Shown here piece after piece: positions 31,119-41,467 of a stretch of DNA of 64,000 bases. Both the position numbers and the translations under genes were made by a program. Source of the stretch: Anaerolineae bacterium. Its GTDB lineage: Bacteria; Chloroflexota; Anaerolineae; UBA1429. The number at the start of each line of letters is the position of its first letter. Position 1 is the first letter of the stretch. The stretch is taken from contig OY776562.1 in NCBI GenBank assembly GCA_963675785.1, forward strand, positions 2,880,001 to 2,944,000, written 5' to 3'. The notes beneath the pieces are model-generated. The model was not told where the DNA came from. It saw only the letters and a list, made by a program, of their open reading frames with translations, and ran no database searches.

Positions 31119-32252
31119 ATGAAGGTCTCCTGCCTGCAAGAGAACCTGGCCCGTGGTCTCTCGATTGTCAGCAGGGCAGTGGCAACACGTAGCACGTTGC
31201 CAGTGCTGTCGAACATTATGCTTTCAACTGATGAGTCACGCTTAAAGCTGTCGGCTACCAATCTCGAAATTGGCATCAATTGCTGGATCGGAGCCAGGGT
31301 TGAGCAGCAGGGCGCCACGACGATTCCTGCTCGCATGTTGAGTGACTTTGTGAATTCGCTGCCGCCAGAACAGATTGATCTGGAGCTGATTACGCGCACG
31401 CAAACTGTCAATATCAAATGCGGGCGTTATGAGGCTAATATCAAGGGAATTGATGCCCAGGAATTCCCTTTGATTCTGGTGCCTGAAGAGGATCATCGCA
31501 TTCGTGTTGCGCCTGATGCTTTGCGCTCGGCAATTGATCAGGTCGCTTTTGCTGCTGCTACCGATGAGAGTCGCCCCGTATTGACCGGTGTTCTTGCCGA
31601 AGTGAGCAGTAAGGGGCTCTCCTTTGCTTCGGCTGACGGTTACCGTCTCTCTTTGAGCTCGATCGAGCTCAAAGATGAGCCCGAGTATCCGATTTCTGCC
31701 ATCATTCCGGCAAGGGCTCTTCAAGAACTGCGTCGCATTAGCGCTGAACAGACCGATATGATCGAGATGCTGGTGGCTCCCAGCCGTAATCAGGTTTTCT
31801 TCCACCTAAAGAATGTGGATCTTGTATCTCAGCTTATCGAGGGGCAATTCCCCGATTTTCGCCACACTATTCCCTCTGAGCATGCCACCCGGGTTGTGGC
31901 CAGCACGGCAGAATTGTTGCAAGCGACAAGGATGGCTTTTATCTTTGCACGAGAATCCGCAAATGTCGTACGGCTTCAGGTTGTCCCTGGTAGTGAATCT
32001 ACTCTTGGTAGACTGGTCATTACGGCGACTTCGTCTGAGCATGGCGATAATGTGAGCGAGTTGGATGTTACTGTCGAAGGGAACCCCATCGAAATCGCTT
32101 TTAACGCCAAATATCTCATTGATGCCCTCAGCGTGATTAGTGAAGCCGAGGTTGCTATCGAGATGCGTGATCCAACCAGCCCTGGCGTCTTGCGGCCAGT
32201 GGGCAACGATCACTTTGTTCATGTCACAATGCCCATGTATACGGCTCGATAG
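31119..32252 (+). CDS. dnaN: DNA polymerase III beta sliding clamp
   Basis: LPVLSN, ATNLE, RPVLTGV, DGYRL, LIEGQFPDF, FNAKYL and MPM. Confidence 0.97.
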   Translation: MKVSCLQENLARGLSIVSRAVATRSTLPVLSNIMLSTDESRLKLSATNLEIGINCWIGARVEQQGATTIPARMLSDFVNSLPPEQIDLELITRTQTVNIKCGRYEANIKGIDAQEFPLILVPEEDHRIRVAPDALRSAIDQVAFAAATDESRPVLTGVLAEVSSKGLSFASADGYRLSLSSIELKDEPEYPISAIIPARALQELRRISAEQTDMIEMLVAPSRNQVFFHLKNVDLVSQLIEGQFPDFRHTIPSEHATRVVASTAELLQATRMAFIFARESANVVRLQVVPGSESTLGRLVITATSSEHGDNVSELDVTVEGNPIEIAFNAKYLIDALSVISEAEVAIEMRDPTSPGVLRPVGNDHFVHVTMPMYTAR

Positions 32253-32259
32253 GGGCTGA

Positions 32260-33414
32260 ATGCACGTACAAAGCATCAGACTTGATTATTTTCGAAATTA
32301 CGCGCGCTTGGAGCTAAATCTCCCGGCGCGCGTCCATGTTTTTCGCGGCGATAATGCTCAGGGCAAGACGAATTTGCTCGAAGCCATCTATTATGCCGCG
32401 ACGACGCGCTCGCGTCTGGCTTCTCAGAATCGTGAACTCGTTGGTTGGTCGGCTATTGAAGAGGTTTTGCCTCACGCTGAGATTGTTCTTGTGTATGTCC
32501 GTAGCGGACTCGAACACGAACTCTGTATAACTTTGATGCTGGATGGAGATACCCCGGATTCTGCTTCGGTCAAACGCCAGGTTCTGGTAGATGGCGTCCG
32601 TCGACGGGCTATGGATGTAGTAGGATTGCTCAATGTGGTTTTGTTTCTCCCCGAGGATATTTCTCTGGTTGCTGGGGCACCCTCAGAGCGCCGCCGTTTT
32701 CTTGATACATTGCTCTGCCAGGTCGATCGACCCTATTGTCGTGCTCTGGCACGTTATAATCGTGCCCTGGCACAGAGAAACGCCTTGCTCAAGCGCATTA
32801 GAGAGCACCAGGCACGTTCCGCAGAACTGGCTTTCTGGGATCAGGAGATCATCTCACATGGCGCAGCAGTGCTACGCGGCCGCCTGGAGGCGGTTGTTGC
32901 GCTTTCTGAGTATGCGCGTGTCATTCAACCTGAACTGACTGGCGGCGGAGAAAAGCTTGATATTACTTATGATGCAACAATAGCCGACGAGAATGGTGCA
33001 TTGCCTTCAGATTCGATCGAGGAGCTTTATCGACTAGCTCTCAATCGTTCTCAGAGGGAAGAATTGGGACGGGGAGTCACCATAGTGGGGCCGCATCGTG
33101 ATGATATTCGACTCTTGATTAATGGTTATGATGTGGTGACCTTTGGATCACGCGGCCAGCAACGAACCGTGGCTCTATCGCTCAAGTTGGCCGAAATTGA
33201 TCTGATGAAGAACCGTACGGGAGAAAGTCCTGTCTTGTTGCTGGATGATGTTGTCTCGGAATTAGATGCGCGGCGTTGTGGGTACCTCTTGGATCGAGTT
33301 TCTCAACATGAGCAGGTTTTGCTCACCACGACTGATTTGAGCTTTTTTTCTCCTCAATTCCTTGAGAAAGCTATGCTGTGGGAAGTACAGGCAGGCACTA
33401 TACAGCCTGGCTGA
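32260..33414 (+). CDS. recF: DNA replication/repair protein RecF
   Basis: FRNY, GDNAQGKTN, RRRFLD, GPHRDD, GSRGQQR and LLLDDVVSELD. Confidence 0.96.
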   Translation: MHVQSIRLDYFRNYARLELNLPARVHVFRGDNAQGKTNLLEAIYYAATTRSRLASQNRELVGWSAIEEVLPHAEIVLVYVRSGLEHELCITLMLDGDTPDSASVKRQVLVDGVRRRAMDVVGLLNVVLFLPEDISLVAGAPSERRRFLDTLLCQVDRPYCRALARYNRALAQRNALLKRIREHQARSAELAFWDQEIISHGAAVLRGRLEAVVALSEYARVIQPELTGGGEKLDITYDATIADENGALPSDSIEELYRLALNRSQREELGRGVTIVGPHRDDIRLLINGYDVVTFGSRGQQRTVALSLKLAEIDLMKNRTGESPVLLLDDVVSELDARRCGYLLDRVSQHEQVLLTTTDLSFFSPQFLEKAMLWEVQAGTIQPG

Positions 33415-33431
33415 TCATCCCCAGCCCTATA

Positions 33432-34199
33432 TCAATCGGTCAGAGGATGTTTGCCTGGTACGCCGGTGCGTCGGGGATATTCGTCGGGGGTTGGTTTGAC
33501 TTTGCCGATAATGACGAGAGAGCGAGCCTCGTGTAGACCTGGTACCGCCACCTTTTTTACATCAATGATCTTGCCCCCAAATACTTTGATTGCCCTTTCG
33601 GCTTCCTCAAGTTCTTGTTCAATGTCCATACCTTTTTGAGCAACGAAGCGACCACCTATTCTGCAAAAAGGCAGACAATACTCGGCAAGAGTTGACATTC
33701 GAGCGACTGCTCGTGCAACGGCAATGTCATAACGTTCGCGGTGCTGTTCGTCATGTGCCGCCTCTTCTGCGCGCCCCTCAATAAAAGTAACGCCCTGCAG
33801 TTTCAGCGCGGAGGCCATGTGACGTAAAAAGGTCACCTTTTTGCCAGTGGATTCAAGCAAGGTCAATTTGAGTTCTGGGTGGGTAATCTTGAGGGGGAGT
33901 CCGGGGAAACCTGCTCCCGATCCAATGTCGATGCATTGCAGTTCCATCGGCCGCGTACGCACAGGGATTGTGTCGTGTACGCCTTGGTCGTCCTCGTCAC
34001 ACGGGATGGCTAGCAGGCAGGCCAACGAGTCAACAAAGTGCTGACATTGTACGTCGGCATACTCGGTAATGGCGGTCAGGTTGAATTTCTGGTTCCAGGC
34101 AGTCAGTTCCTGAAAATAGAGCTCAAAAGCATCAAGTCGTGTTTGGTCAAGACTGAGCCCCATTTCTTTTGCTCCGGCCTTTAGCAGTTCCATGGCCAT
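33432..34199 (-). CDS. rsmG: 16S rRNA m7G527 methyltransferase
   Basis: WNQKFNLTAI, HFVDSL, DIGSGAGFPG, RAEE, ARAVA and YPRR.G.P. Confidence 0.95.
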   Translation of the reverse strand: MAMELLKAGAKEMGLSLDQTRLDAFELYFQELTAWNQKFNLTAITEYADVQCQHFVDSLACLLAIPCDEDDQGVHDTIPVRTRPMELQCIDIGSGAGFPGLPLKITHPELKLTLLESTGKKVTFLRHMASALKLQGVTFIEGRAEEAAHDEQHRERYDIAVARAVARMSTLAEYCLPFCRIGGRFVAQKGMDIEQELEEAERAIKVFGGKIIDVKKVAVPGLHEARSLVIIGKVKPTPDEYPRRTGVPGKHPLTD

Positions 34200-34208
34200 T
34201 GTGAACTC

Positions 34209-35594
34209 CTACTCATCAGGGAGTACCTTGCCTGGGTTTAGTATGTTATTAGGATCGAACAAACATTTGATATCGCGCATCACTTGAATAGTAGCAGCGC
34301 CATGTTCTTTTTGCATGAGATGTTTTTTCGCACAGCCGATTCCGTGTTCGCCAGCGATAGTACCGCCTACTTCAAGAGCCCGCTCTACAATCTTGTCGGT
34401 TGCTTCCAATGCGCGTTCTAGTTCTTCTCTATCATTGGGATCAGCGACAATATCTGTATGCAGGTTACCGTCACCAGCATGACCAAAGGCATAAATGACG
34501 ACGCCATACGCATCACCTACCTGGTGGGCGTAACGTATCATCTCGCCAAATTGCGACATGGGGACGCAGATATCACCAGCAACGAGCCTCATGCTCGGAT
34601 GCTCGAGCTGCATGGATTCGTGAGCCTTGGCTCGAGCCGACCAAAGACGTTCCCGACTTTCGGTATCTGTCGAGGTCTGAAAAGCGAGACAGCCGTTATC
34701 TTGGCATATCTCTTGTAGATATTGCATCTGATCCTGAATATCACTCGTGCTGCCGTGGAATTCGACGCATACCGTAGGCCGTATTTGCAGGTCAAGCCCC
34801 TGCTGCCGGTTCGTTACTTGAACGATCTCGGGATCCAGCATTTCGATGGCTGCGGGTCTCAGTCCAAAACGCATACATTCGTATATAGCATGTGAAGCAT
34901 TTTCCAATGTTTCGAACGGAGCAATAGCCACGGCTATATTCTCCGGTAGTCCCTCTAGGCGCATGGTGATCTCGGTGACAATGCCAAGTGTGCCTTCTGA
35001 GCCGATAAAAAGATCAGTCAAGGCATAACCGCTGGTCGTTTTTTTTGTGCGGCTGCCGGTGTGGATAATACGGCCGTCTGCAAGGACGACCTCTAGCCCC
35101 ATGACATAATCCCGTGTGACGCCGTATTTTACGGCACGCATGCCGCTCGAATTGTTAGCTACCATACCGCCCAATGTAGCAACATCCGAACTCCCTGGCG
35201 CGGGCGGAAAAAAGAGCCCCAACCGACGAAGCTGCTTGTTGAGATTGCTATAGACGACCCCTGGCTGTGCGCGGACCTGTAGATCGGGCTCGATAATCTC
35301 AATAACCTGATTCATTCTGTACATGGCCAGCACAATGCCGCCGTACAAAGGGATCGGATTACCCTCCAGGCTAGAACCGCCGCTTCGCGCAGATACGGGT
35401 ATTTTTCTGGCGTTGGCAAAGGCCAATACCTTGGAAACTTGGTCGGTGGTTTCTGGCCAAACTACCACCTCCGGTATATGCGGATCCACCCACGATTCAT
35501 CCACCGAATGCGCTTTGAGGTCTGCATCGGAAGTAGAGACACCGGCGGGGCCAAGGATTTCTATCAGTTGGACAATATCACTATCTGTAATCAC
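34209..35594 (-). CDS. FAD-linked 2-hydroxyacid dehydrogenase (GlcD/D-lactate dehydrogenase family)
   Basis: GGMVANNSSG, GSEGTLG, HAGDGNLH, EHGIG and ILNPGK. Confidence 0.88.
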   Translation of the reverse strand: MITDSDIVQLIEILGPAGVSTSDADLKAHSVDESWVDPHIPEVVVWPETTDQVSKVLAFANARKIPVSARSGGSSLEGNPIPLYGGIVLAMYRMNQVIEIIEPDLQVRAQPGVVYSNLNKQLRRLGLFFPPAPGSSDVATLGGMVANNSSGMRAVKYGVTRDYVMGLEVVLADGRIIHTGSRTKKTTSGYALTDLFIGSEGTLGIVTEITMRLEGLPENIAVAIAPFETLENASHAIYECMRFGLRPAAIEMLDPEIVQVTNRQQGLDLQIRPTVCVEFHGSTSDIQDQMQYLQEICQDNGCLAFQTSTDTESRERLWSARAKAHESMQLEHPSMRLVAGDICVPMSQFGEMIRYAHQVGDAYGVVIYAFGHAGDGNLHTDIVADPNDREELERALEATDKIVERALEVGGTIAGEHGIGCAKKHLMQKEHGAATIQVMRDIKCLFDPNNILNPGKVLPDE

Positions 35595-37813
35595 GAGTCT
35601 CCTTCTGGCGTCTTTTCCTGCTCTCCCAACGGAGGCAGCAACACTTCGCGAGGCTTGTTTTGTACCGTGTAAGGGCCAATGGCGCCTTCTTCTTCCATCT
35701 GATCGACAATTCTGGATGCACGGGTATAGCCAATGGAAAGTTTGCGCTGCAGCATAGACACCGAGACAGCACGTTCTTTGCGGGCAAATTCGATGGCTCG
35801 ATCCAGCATTTCGTCTCTGTTAGGGTCGATATGGGTATTGATTTGCGGCCATAAAGCTTGTTGCATGAGAGGCACGTCAGAATCTTGATCCTGGGTTTGT
35901 TTTGATTTGCCGTTTGACAAAAGCGCAATTTTTTGGTTCTTCCAGAACTTTGTAATTCTGTTGATTTCTGTGTCTGTGACCAGGCAGCCTTGTATACGCT
36001 GCAATCCCGCTTTTTCGGGGTGCATAAATAGGCTGTCTCCGCGACCGAGAAGGGTTTCAGCACCCACAGTATCCAGAATGACCCTCGAATCAATACCTGA
36101 TGATACGGCAAAAGCGAGCCTTGCTCCAAAGTTGGTCTTGATGGTGCCCGTCAAGACATCGACAGAAGGGCGTTGGGTTGCCAGAATGAGGTGGATTCCT
36201 ACTGCGCGGGACATCTGAGCGATGCGGCAGAGCAGTGTTTCCATCTGGTCAGAGGAAGTCATCATCAAATCACCCAACTCATCGATGATGCAAACAATGT
36301 AGGGCATTTTTTTGCCGCCATCTGTAGCAAGAATCTTTTCGTTATAGCCCACAATATTGCGCACGCCAGCCTCATTGAGACGTTTGTAACGCGTCTGCAT
36401 CTCTTTGGAAAGCCAGGCTAAAAGTCCCACCACGCGGTCCGGCTCTACAACGACATCGGTTAGCAGGTGCGGCACATCGTTATAACCGGTGAGCTCGACG
36501 CGTTTTGGGTCAACCATGAGCAATCGCAACTCCTGCGGCGTGTTTCTGCACAACAGGCACGTAATAAGGGCGTTGATGCAGATACTTTTGCCCGAACCGG
36601 TAGCGCCAGCAATGAGAAGATGCGGAAGTCTAGCGATATCGATCAAAACCGGCTGCCCGGAGACGTCTCTTCCCAGGGTTATAGTCAGTGGCGGTGCGTT
36701 GAGCATCTCTGTGGACTGAAGAATGCTCTTGATGCCTACGGTAACCGGCTCATCATTGGGGATTTCGATGCCTACCAGCGATTTGCCGGGAATAGGGGCT
36801 TCGACGCGGATAGACTTGGCTGCCAGAGCCAGAGCCAGATCGTTGGCAGCATTTTGTATGCTGCTAACTTTGACGCGGGCGCGAATACTGTCGCTTCCAG
36901 AGACGTTACGATCGAGATACCCCGGCTTGATGCCATATTGAGTAATGGTAGGCCCGGGATTCACTTCTTCTACAGTGCCCGGTATAGAGAGGCTTTTCAG
37001 CGTGTTCTCTATGAGCATGGCCTTTTCACGTAACTCGCTAACATCCAATGCGGTCTCGGCGTGATCATCGAGCAATGCTTGAAAGGGAGGGAGCGTCCAT
37101 ACTTGGTCGATGTCATTACGGACCTGAATCACTTCTTCTATTTGTTCTTCTTTTTTAACCAGGGCCGTGTGAGCTTGAACAGATTTTGAAGGAGCTGGCT
37201 TTTCTTGTGCGGGCATGACGGAGGTAGGAACTGCGATTCTCGGACCTGATTTGATGCGGCGACGCTCACGTCGCTCGGCAATTGTAGTGCTGATCCACTG
37301 CCATAGCCTCTGCAGCACGCCGACGACCGAGGTGTTGAGTGCCAGCATAATGGCAAGGCCACCAATAGCAAACAGCATAACCAGTGCTCCAGATCGTCCA
37401 AAAGCATACGTAAATATCTGCGCAAACCATCTCCCCAGATTACCGCCATGCTTGGGATTGATCCATCCCAGAATACCATCCAGCATAAAGAACAACAGGA
37501 TGATTCCGATAATGCGGTCGGTTGGGAAGCGTTCTACCTTATCGCGAGCTAGGAGCAATAGGAGGATACCAAAAGCAAAAAGTGGGGCAAAAACAATATA
37601 TGCGAGATAACCGCATATGGAAAAGCTTTGATGTTGCCAGGCCGAAAACAATTTGGGGAGATCACCAGGCATGATGGAGACGAACGCAACAAGACCCGCC
37701 AGCAGAAACAACGCGCCAATGATCCCTACGATGGTTTCAGAGCGAATCGATTGAAACCATTGTAGGGCTTTATCGATCGAGCGCTTGGTCTTGCTTCGCT
37801 TAGGCCGCGCCAT
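35591..37813 (-). CDS. ftsK: DNA translocase FtsK/SpoIIIE
   Basis: N-terminal TM helices, HLLIAGATGSGKS, DPKRVEL, ATQRPS, and gamma domain SVSMLQRKL.IGY.RA. Confidence 0.95.
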   Translation of the reverse strand: MARPKRSKTKRSIDKALQWFQSIRSETIVGIIGALFLLAGLVAFVSIMPGDLPKLFSAWQHQSFSICGYLAYIVFAPLFAFGILLLLLARDKVERFPTDRIIGIILLFFMLDGILGWINPKHGGNLGRWFAQIFTYAFGRSGALVMLFAIGGLAIMLALNTSVVGVLQRLWQWISTTIAERRERRRIKSGPRIAVPTSVMPAQEKPAPSKSVQAHTALVKKEEQIEEVIQVRNDIDQVWTLPPFQALLDDHAETALDVSELREKAMLIENTLKSLSIPGTVEEVNPGPTITQYGIKPGYLDRNVSGSDSIRARVKVSSIQNAANDLALALAAKSIRVEAPIPGKSLVGIEIPNDEPVTVGIKSILQSTEMLNAPPLTITLGRDVSGQPVLIDIARLPHLLIAGATGSGKSICINALITCLLCRNTPQELRLLMVDPKRVELTGYNDVPHLLTDVVVEPDRVVGLLAWLSKEMQTRYKRLNEAGVRNIVGYNEKILATDGGKKMPYIVCIIDELGDLMMTSSDQMETLLCRIAQMSRAVGIHLILATQRPSVDVLTGTIKTNFGARLAFAVSSGIDSRVILDTVGAETLLGRGDSLFMHPEKAGLQRIQGCLVTDTEINRITKFWKNQKIALLSNGKSKQTQDQDSDVPLMQQALWPQINTHIDPNRDEMLDRAIEFARKERAVSVSMLQRKLSIGYTRASRIVDQMEEEGAIGPYTVQNKPREVLLPPLGEQEKTPEGDS

Positions 37814-37843
37814 GTAAATGCACCTCCCAAAGGGCGATATTTG

Positions 37844-39484
37844 CTATATCTTGACTACGATAGCCTTAACAATGGGGTGCCTGCCAGTCTCTCTGTTGAG
37901 AAACCGACCAACGTGTGTCTCAATTCGTTCACAAATTGAGGAACGGGAGCCACCTAATTCTACAGCATGTGCCGCTTCAATGCAGGCTTTGTCTAGTACG
38001 TCTCCCGATTTTTGTTCATCGATAAAGCCGCGCGATACGATTTCGGGGTCTTTGAGGAGACCGTTTGTATAACGGTCTAGGGTCACACTACAAACGACAA
38101 AACCACTGCGCGATAGCTTGTGCCTATCTTCCAGCATGGCGCTGGTAATATCGCCAATTCTGCGTCCATCGACGAGGACAGGTGGCGCGTCAATGGAGTC
38201 TCCCAGAACCGCGCCCTCGGGTGAGAGTTCAAGAACATCACCAGGCTCCAGAATAAAGGCCTTTTCCGGGGCATGCTCACACTGCATGGCCAATTCGGCG
38301 TGTAATGCGAGATGGCGATATTCACCATGAATGGGCACAAAGAAACGGGGACGCACGAGGTTGATCAGACGAATCTGATCTTCTCTGCTGGCATGCCCAG
38401 AAACATGCACATCCCTCAAGCCACTGTAAAAGACATGTGCGCCAAGGCGATAGAGGTTATCGATCGTCTTGTTTACGCGTTCTTCATTTCCTGGGATAGC
38501 ACGAGCCGAAACGATGACGGTATCGTTTTCTTTGATGGTGAGAAAGCGATGTCTTCCTTCTCCCATGCGCACAAGAGCAGAATCCCGCTCTCCTTGGCTA
38601 CCCGTACAAATGATAGTTACTTGGTTTTGGGGATACTGCCCGATATCCATGGGGTTGATCATCAACTCTTCCGAAATGGACAGATATCCAAGCTCGCGGG
38701 CGATCCGCGAGTTGCCAACCATGCTTCGTCCTACAATAGAGACCTTGCGACTAAACTGTTTGGCAGTATTGACCACTTGTTGAACCCGAGAGATATTGGA
38801 AGCAAAGGTGGCGACAATAATTCTGCCTTTGGCGCTGGCAAAAGCTTCTGCCAGGGGTTCATCTAATTCGCTTTCAGAGCGTGAACTACCATTTTGATCC
38901 GCGTTGGTGCTGTCGGCTAGCAATAAGGCCACGCCACGCTTGCCCAATTCTTGTAGCCTGTCGAGATCAGTATGCTGCCCCACGACGGGGCTTTCGTCTA
39001 TCTTGTAATCACCCGAATGCACTACCAAACCAGCTGGTGTTGTAATGCCCAGACCCACACCATCTGGAATACTGTGACATACAGAGAAAAACTCGACACG
39101 AAACGAACCTAGGAGAAGAACATCCTTGGTTGTGATGGTATGAATCTCTGCTAGCCCTAGCCGGTTTTCGCGAAGTTTTACTTCGATCAAGCCTCGCGTA
39201 AGCCGGGTAGCATACACAGGAGCGTTGACGTGTTCTAGCAGGTGGCAAAGTGCTCCGATATGATCTTCATGACCATGAGTGATGACAATGCCTCGAACGC
39301 GATTGGCCCTTTCAAAAACGTATGACATGTCGGGGATGACACGATCAACGCCCAGGAGATCACTTTCGGGGAACATGAGCCCGGCATCAACTATCAGGAT
39401 TTGTTCATCATACTCTAACACCAGCATATTTCGGCCGATCTCTCCGAGACCGCCGAGGGGCATAACAGAAAGGGTTTTGGGCAA
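37844..39484 (-). CDS. rnj: Ribonuclease J
   Basis: LGGLGEIGRN, THGHEDH, DSTNA, TGSQGE, HVSGHA and PIHGE. Confidence 0.95.
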   Translation of the reverse strand: MPKTLSVMPLGGLGEIGRNMLVLEYDEQILIVDAGLMFPESDLLGVDRVIPDMSYVFERANRVRGIVITHGHEDHIGALCHLLEHVNAPVYATRLTRGLIEVKLRENRLGLAEIHTITTKDVLLLGSFRVEFFSVCHSIPDGVGLGITTPAGLVVHSGDYKIDESPVVGQHTDLDRLQELGKRGVALLLADSTNADQNGSSRSESELDEPLAEAFASAKGRIIVATFASNISRVQQVVNTAKQFSRKVSIVGRSMVGNSRIARELGYLSISEELMINPMDIGQYPQNQVTIICTGSQGERDSALVRMGEGRHRFLTIKENDTVIVSARAIPGNEERVNKTIDNLYRLGAHVFYSGLRDVHVSGHASREDQIRLINLVRPRFFVPIHGEYRHLALHAELAMQCEHAPEKAFILEPGDVLELSPEGAVLGDSIDAPPVLVDGRRIGDITSAMLEDRHKLSRSGFVVCSVTLDRYTNGLLKDPEIVSRGFIDEQKSGDVLDKACIEAAHAVELGGSRSSICERIETHVGRFLNRETGRHPIVKAIVVKI

Positions 39485-39501
39485 GAATGACCTCCAGGCA
39501 G

Positions 39502-40116
39502 CTAGAACAGGCTCAATTGCTCGGGGCGTTGTGGTGCTTCCTGCTCAACACTGCCCAGTTGCATGAGAATCTCGGGGATCCGCTTGACATCCTCTTCAAT
39601 CAGAGAGCGATAGCGAGGCTGATGCAAGGCGGCGGCAGGATGAAACATGGGATAATAGACATAGTCGCCCACTTTGCGTGGTGTGCCATGAACGCGAGAT
39701 ATAGAGGCTCCCTTGAAGGCAAGCTGCATTGAAAATCGCCCCAGGGTGACGATGAGCCTCGGCTGGAGTATAGCCAACTGCCGCTCCAGATAGCCTGCGC
39801 AGGCTTCTATTTCATCAGGTTGAGGATCTCGGTTATTGGGCGGACGGCATTTGACCACGTTAGTAATATAGACGGATTCGCGCGCGAGATTGATAGAGGC
39901 CAGCAGGTCGTTTAAAAAATTCCCTGCTGCCCCTACAAAAGGTTTGCCCTGGCGATCTTCATGAAAGCCCGGCGCCTCACCAATAAAGACGATTTGCGCG
40001 TTCTCAGCGCCCGATCCTGGTACTGCCATAGTACGACTAGCAGCTAGACGGCAACTGGTACAGCGTTGAATTTCACTCGAAATGGCGGATAATTCGGACA
40101 CAAACTCCTCCAACAT
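39502..40116 (-). CDS. Uracil-DNA glycosylase family 4 (Fe-S)
   Basis: CTSC, GEAPG..ED..G.PFVG, NVVKCRPP.NR and HPAA. C-terminal QLSLF. Confidence 0.93.
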   Translation of the reverse strand: MLEEFVSELSAISSEIQRCTSCRLAASRTMAVPGSGAENAQIVFIGEAPGFHEDRQGKPFVGAAGNFLNDLLASINLARESVYITNVVKCRPPNNRDPQPDEIEACAGYLERQLAILQPRLIVTLGRFSMQLAFKGASISRVHGTPRKVGDYVYYPMFHPAAALHQPRYRSLIEEDVKRIPEILMQLGSVEQEAPQRPEQLSLF

Positions 40117-40127
40117 TATCGTAAGAT

Positions 40128-41099
40128 TTATTGTCTTCGGCTGGCATAGTCTTTCGTGGTCATGATGGGAGCGTACTCAAATAACCCTGGAGCGACATTG
40201 TTCGGTGTGACAATCGAAAGACATCTTGGTTCAACGCTAATCATAACAGGTGTTGATCCTTGCGGATCACCATCAACGTGAATGGGAATGGGATTGTCCC
40301 CTTCAATGACAATCTCTCGGGCACGATAGACTTCAAGTTTTGGATCCAATTCTTGATGTCCAGATACTACCATACCTACATGTCGGATGATGTCCAAGTT
40401 GTTATTTCCGCGAAAGACTAACACGTCCAAAAGGCCATCATCGAGGCGAGCCTGTGGGGCCACACTGACAGATCCGCCGTAGAATTTTGCGTTAGAGACA
40501 AGCGCCATGATAATCCTCTGCCGCATCACTCTTTGGTCTATCCTTAGAGTGACTCTTTCGCCGCGCATAGACAGGCTCATTGCCGCGATGGCAACTGCAT
40601 ATGTTATATTACCAAAACTGCGCCGTAGATCGCGATGGGGCTCTACCTCGGCAGCCACCTGAGCATCAAAGCCCACGCCGCACCAAAGTAGGAACCGCCT
40701 ATCATGTACAGTTCCGAGATCGACAGAGCGCAGTTGCCCATCCACAAGCATGCGTGCGGCGTCCATCAAAGCATTTTGAGCAAGTGGTGTCCAATAAGGA
40801 ATACCGAGTTGCCGGGCCCATACGTTACCGGTTCCTACGGGAAGCAGACCTACTGGGCAATCAGAACCGGCTACGCCGGAACAAACCTCACCTAGAGTGC
40901 CGTCACCGCCTACTGCGATAACCATGTCCGCACCCGTTTTCACAGCTTTTTCTGCGAACCGGGCGGCATCACCGGCACCTGTTGTTTGTACGAGGCTTGT
41001 ATGCCAACCTAATCGATCCAGATATAGACGGAGATTATCTAGTTCGGCACCAATCTCATGTTGACCGGCCACAGGGTTTTGGATTAACAGCAGCTCCAT
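40128..41099 (-). CDS. Diacylglycerol kinase-family lipid kinase (YegS/BmrU)
   Basis: NPVAG, GGDGT, PVGTGN, GVGFDA, DDGLLD and DGD. Confidence 0.88.
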   Translation of the reverse strand: MELLLIQNPVAGQHEIGAELDNLRLYLDRLGWHTSLVQTTGAGDAARFAEKAVKTGADMVIAVGGDGTLGEVCSGVAGSDCPVGLLPVGTGNVWARQLGIPYWTPLAQNALMDAARMLVDGQLRSVDLGTVHDRRFLLWCGVGFDAQVAAEVEPHRDLRRSFGNITYAVAIAAMSLSMRGERVTLRIDQRVMRQRIIMALVSNAKFYGGSVSVAPQARLDDGLLDVLVFRGNNNLDIIRHVGMVVSGHQELDPKLEVYRAREIVIEGDNPIPIHVDGDPQGSTPVMISVEPRCLSIVTPNNVAPGLFEYAPIMTTKDYASRRQ

Positions 41100-41168
41100 A
41101 ACGTTAAATATACTCCGTTCAAAAAATAGTGTCCAGAGAGGGGCCGAATCACACAGAATGAACTTGTC

Positions 41169-41197
41169 TTGGCGCAGTTCTTACCTCATGCTATAAT
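41169..41197 (+). promoter_or_regulatory. Sigma70-type promoter upstream of secG
   Basis: TTGGCG-17 bp-TATAAT with an extended TG. Confidence 0.6.
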
Positions 41198-41239
41198 CTA
41201 CGCGTCTTGTGCCCTTGGCGTTGCAAATCGGAGGTTCTC

Positions 41240-41452
41240 TTGGGACCCTATCTGAATGTTGTTCAAATTATTGTCTCTATCGCACTCATCGCACTGGTCA
41301 TCATGCAGCGCGGTGGCCAGTCTGGCGGCTCCATGTTTGGTGCCAGCGCTGGCTATCAGACTCGGCGCGGCGTAGAAAAGACGATGTATAACATGACACT
41401 CGTCATTTCTGTGCTATTCTTGGTCACGTCTTTGCTTAGCGTGTTGATCTAG
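41240..41452 (+). CDS. secG: Preprotein translocase subunit SecG
   Basis: Two TM segments with a Gly-rich linker (MQRGGQSGGSMFG..TRRGVEK). TTG start after GGAGG. Confidence 0.88.
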   Translation: MGPYLNVVQIIVSIALIALVIMQRGGQSGGSMFGASAGYQTRRGVEKTMYNMTLVISVLFLVTSLLSVLI

Positions 41453-41467
41453 GGACGGAGGCTCCGC

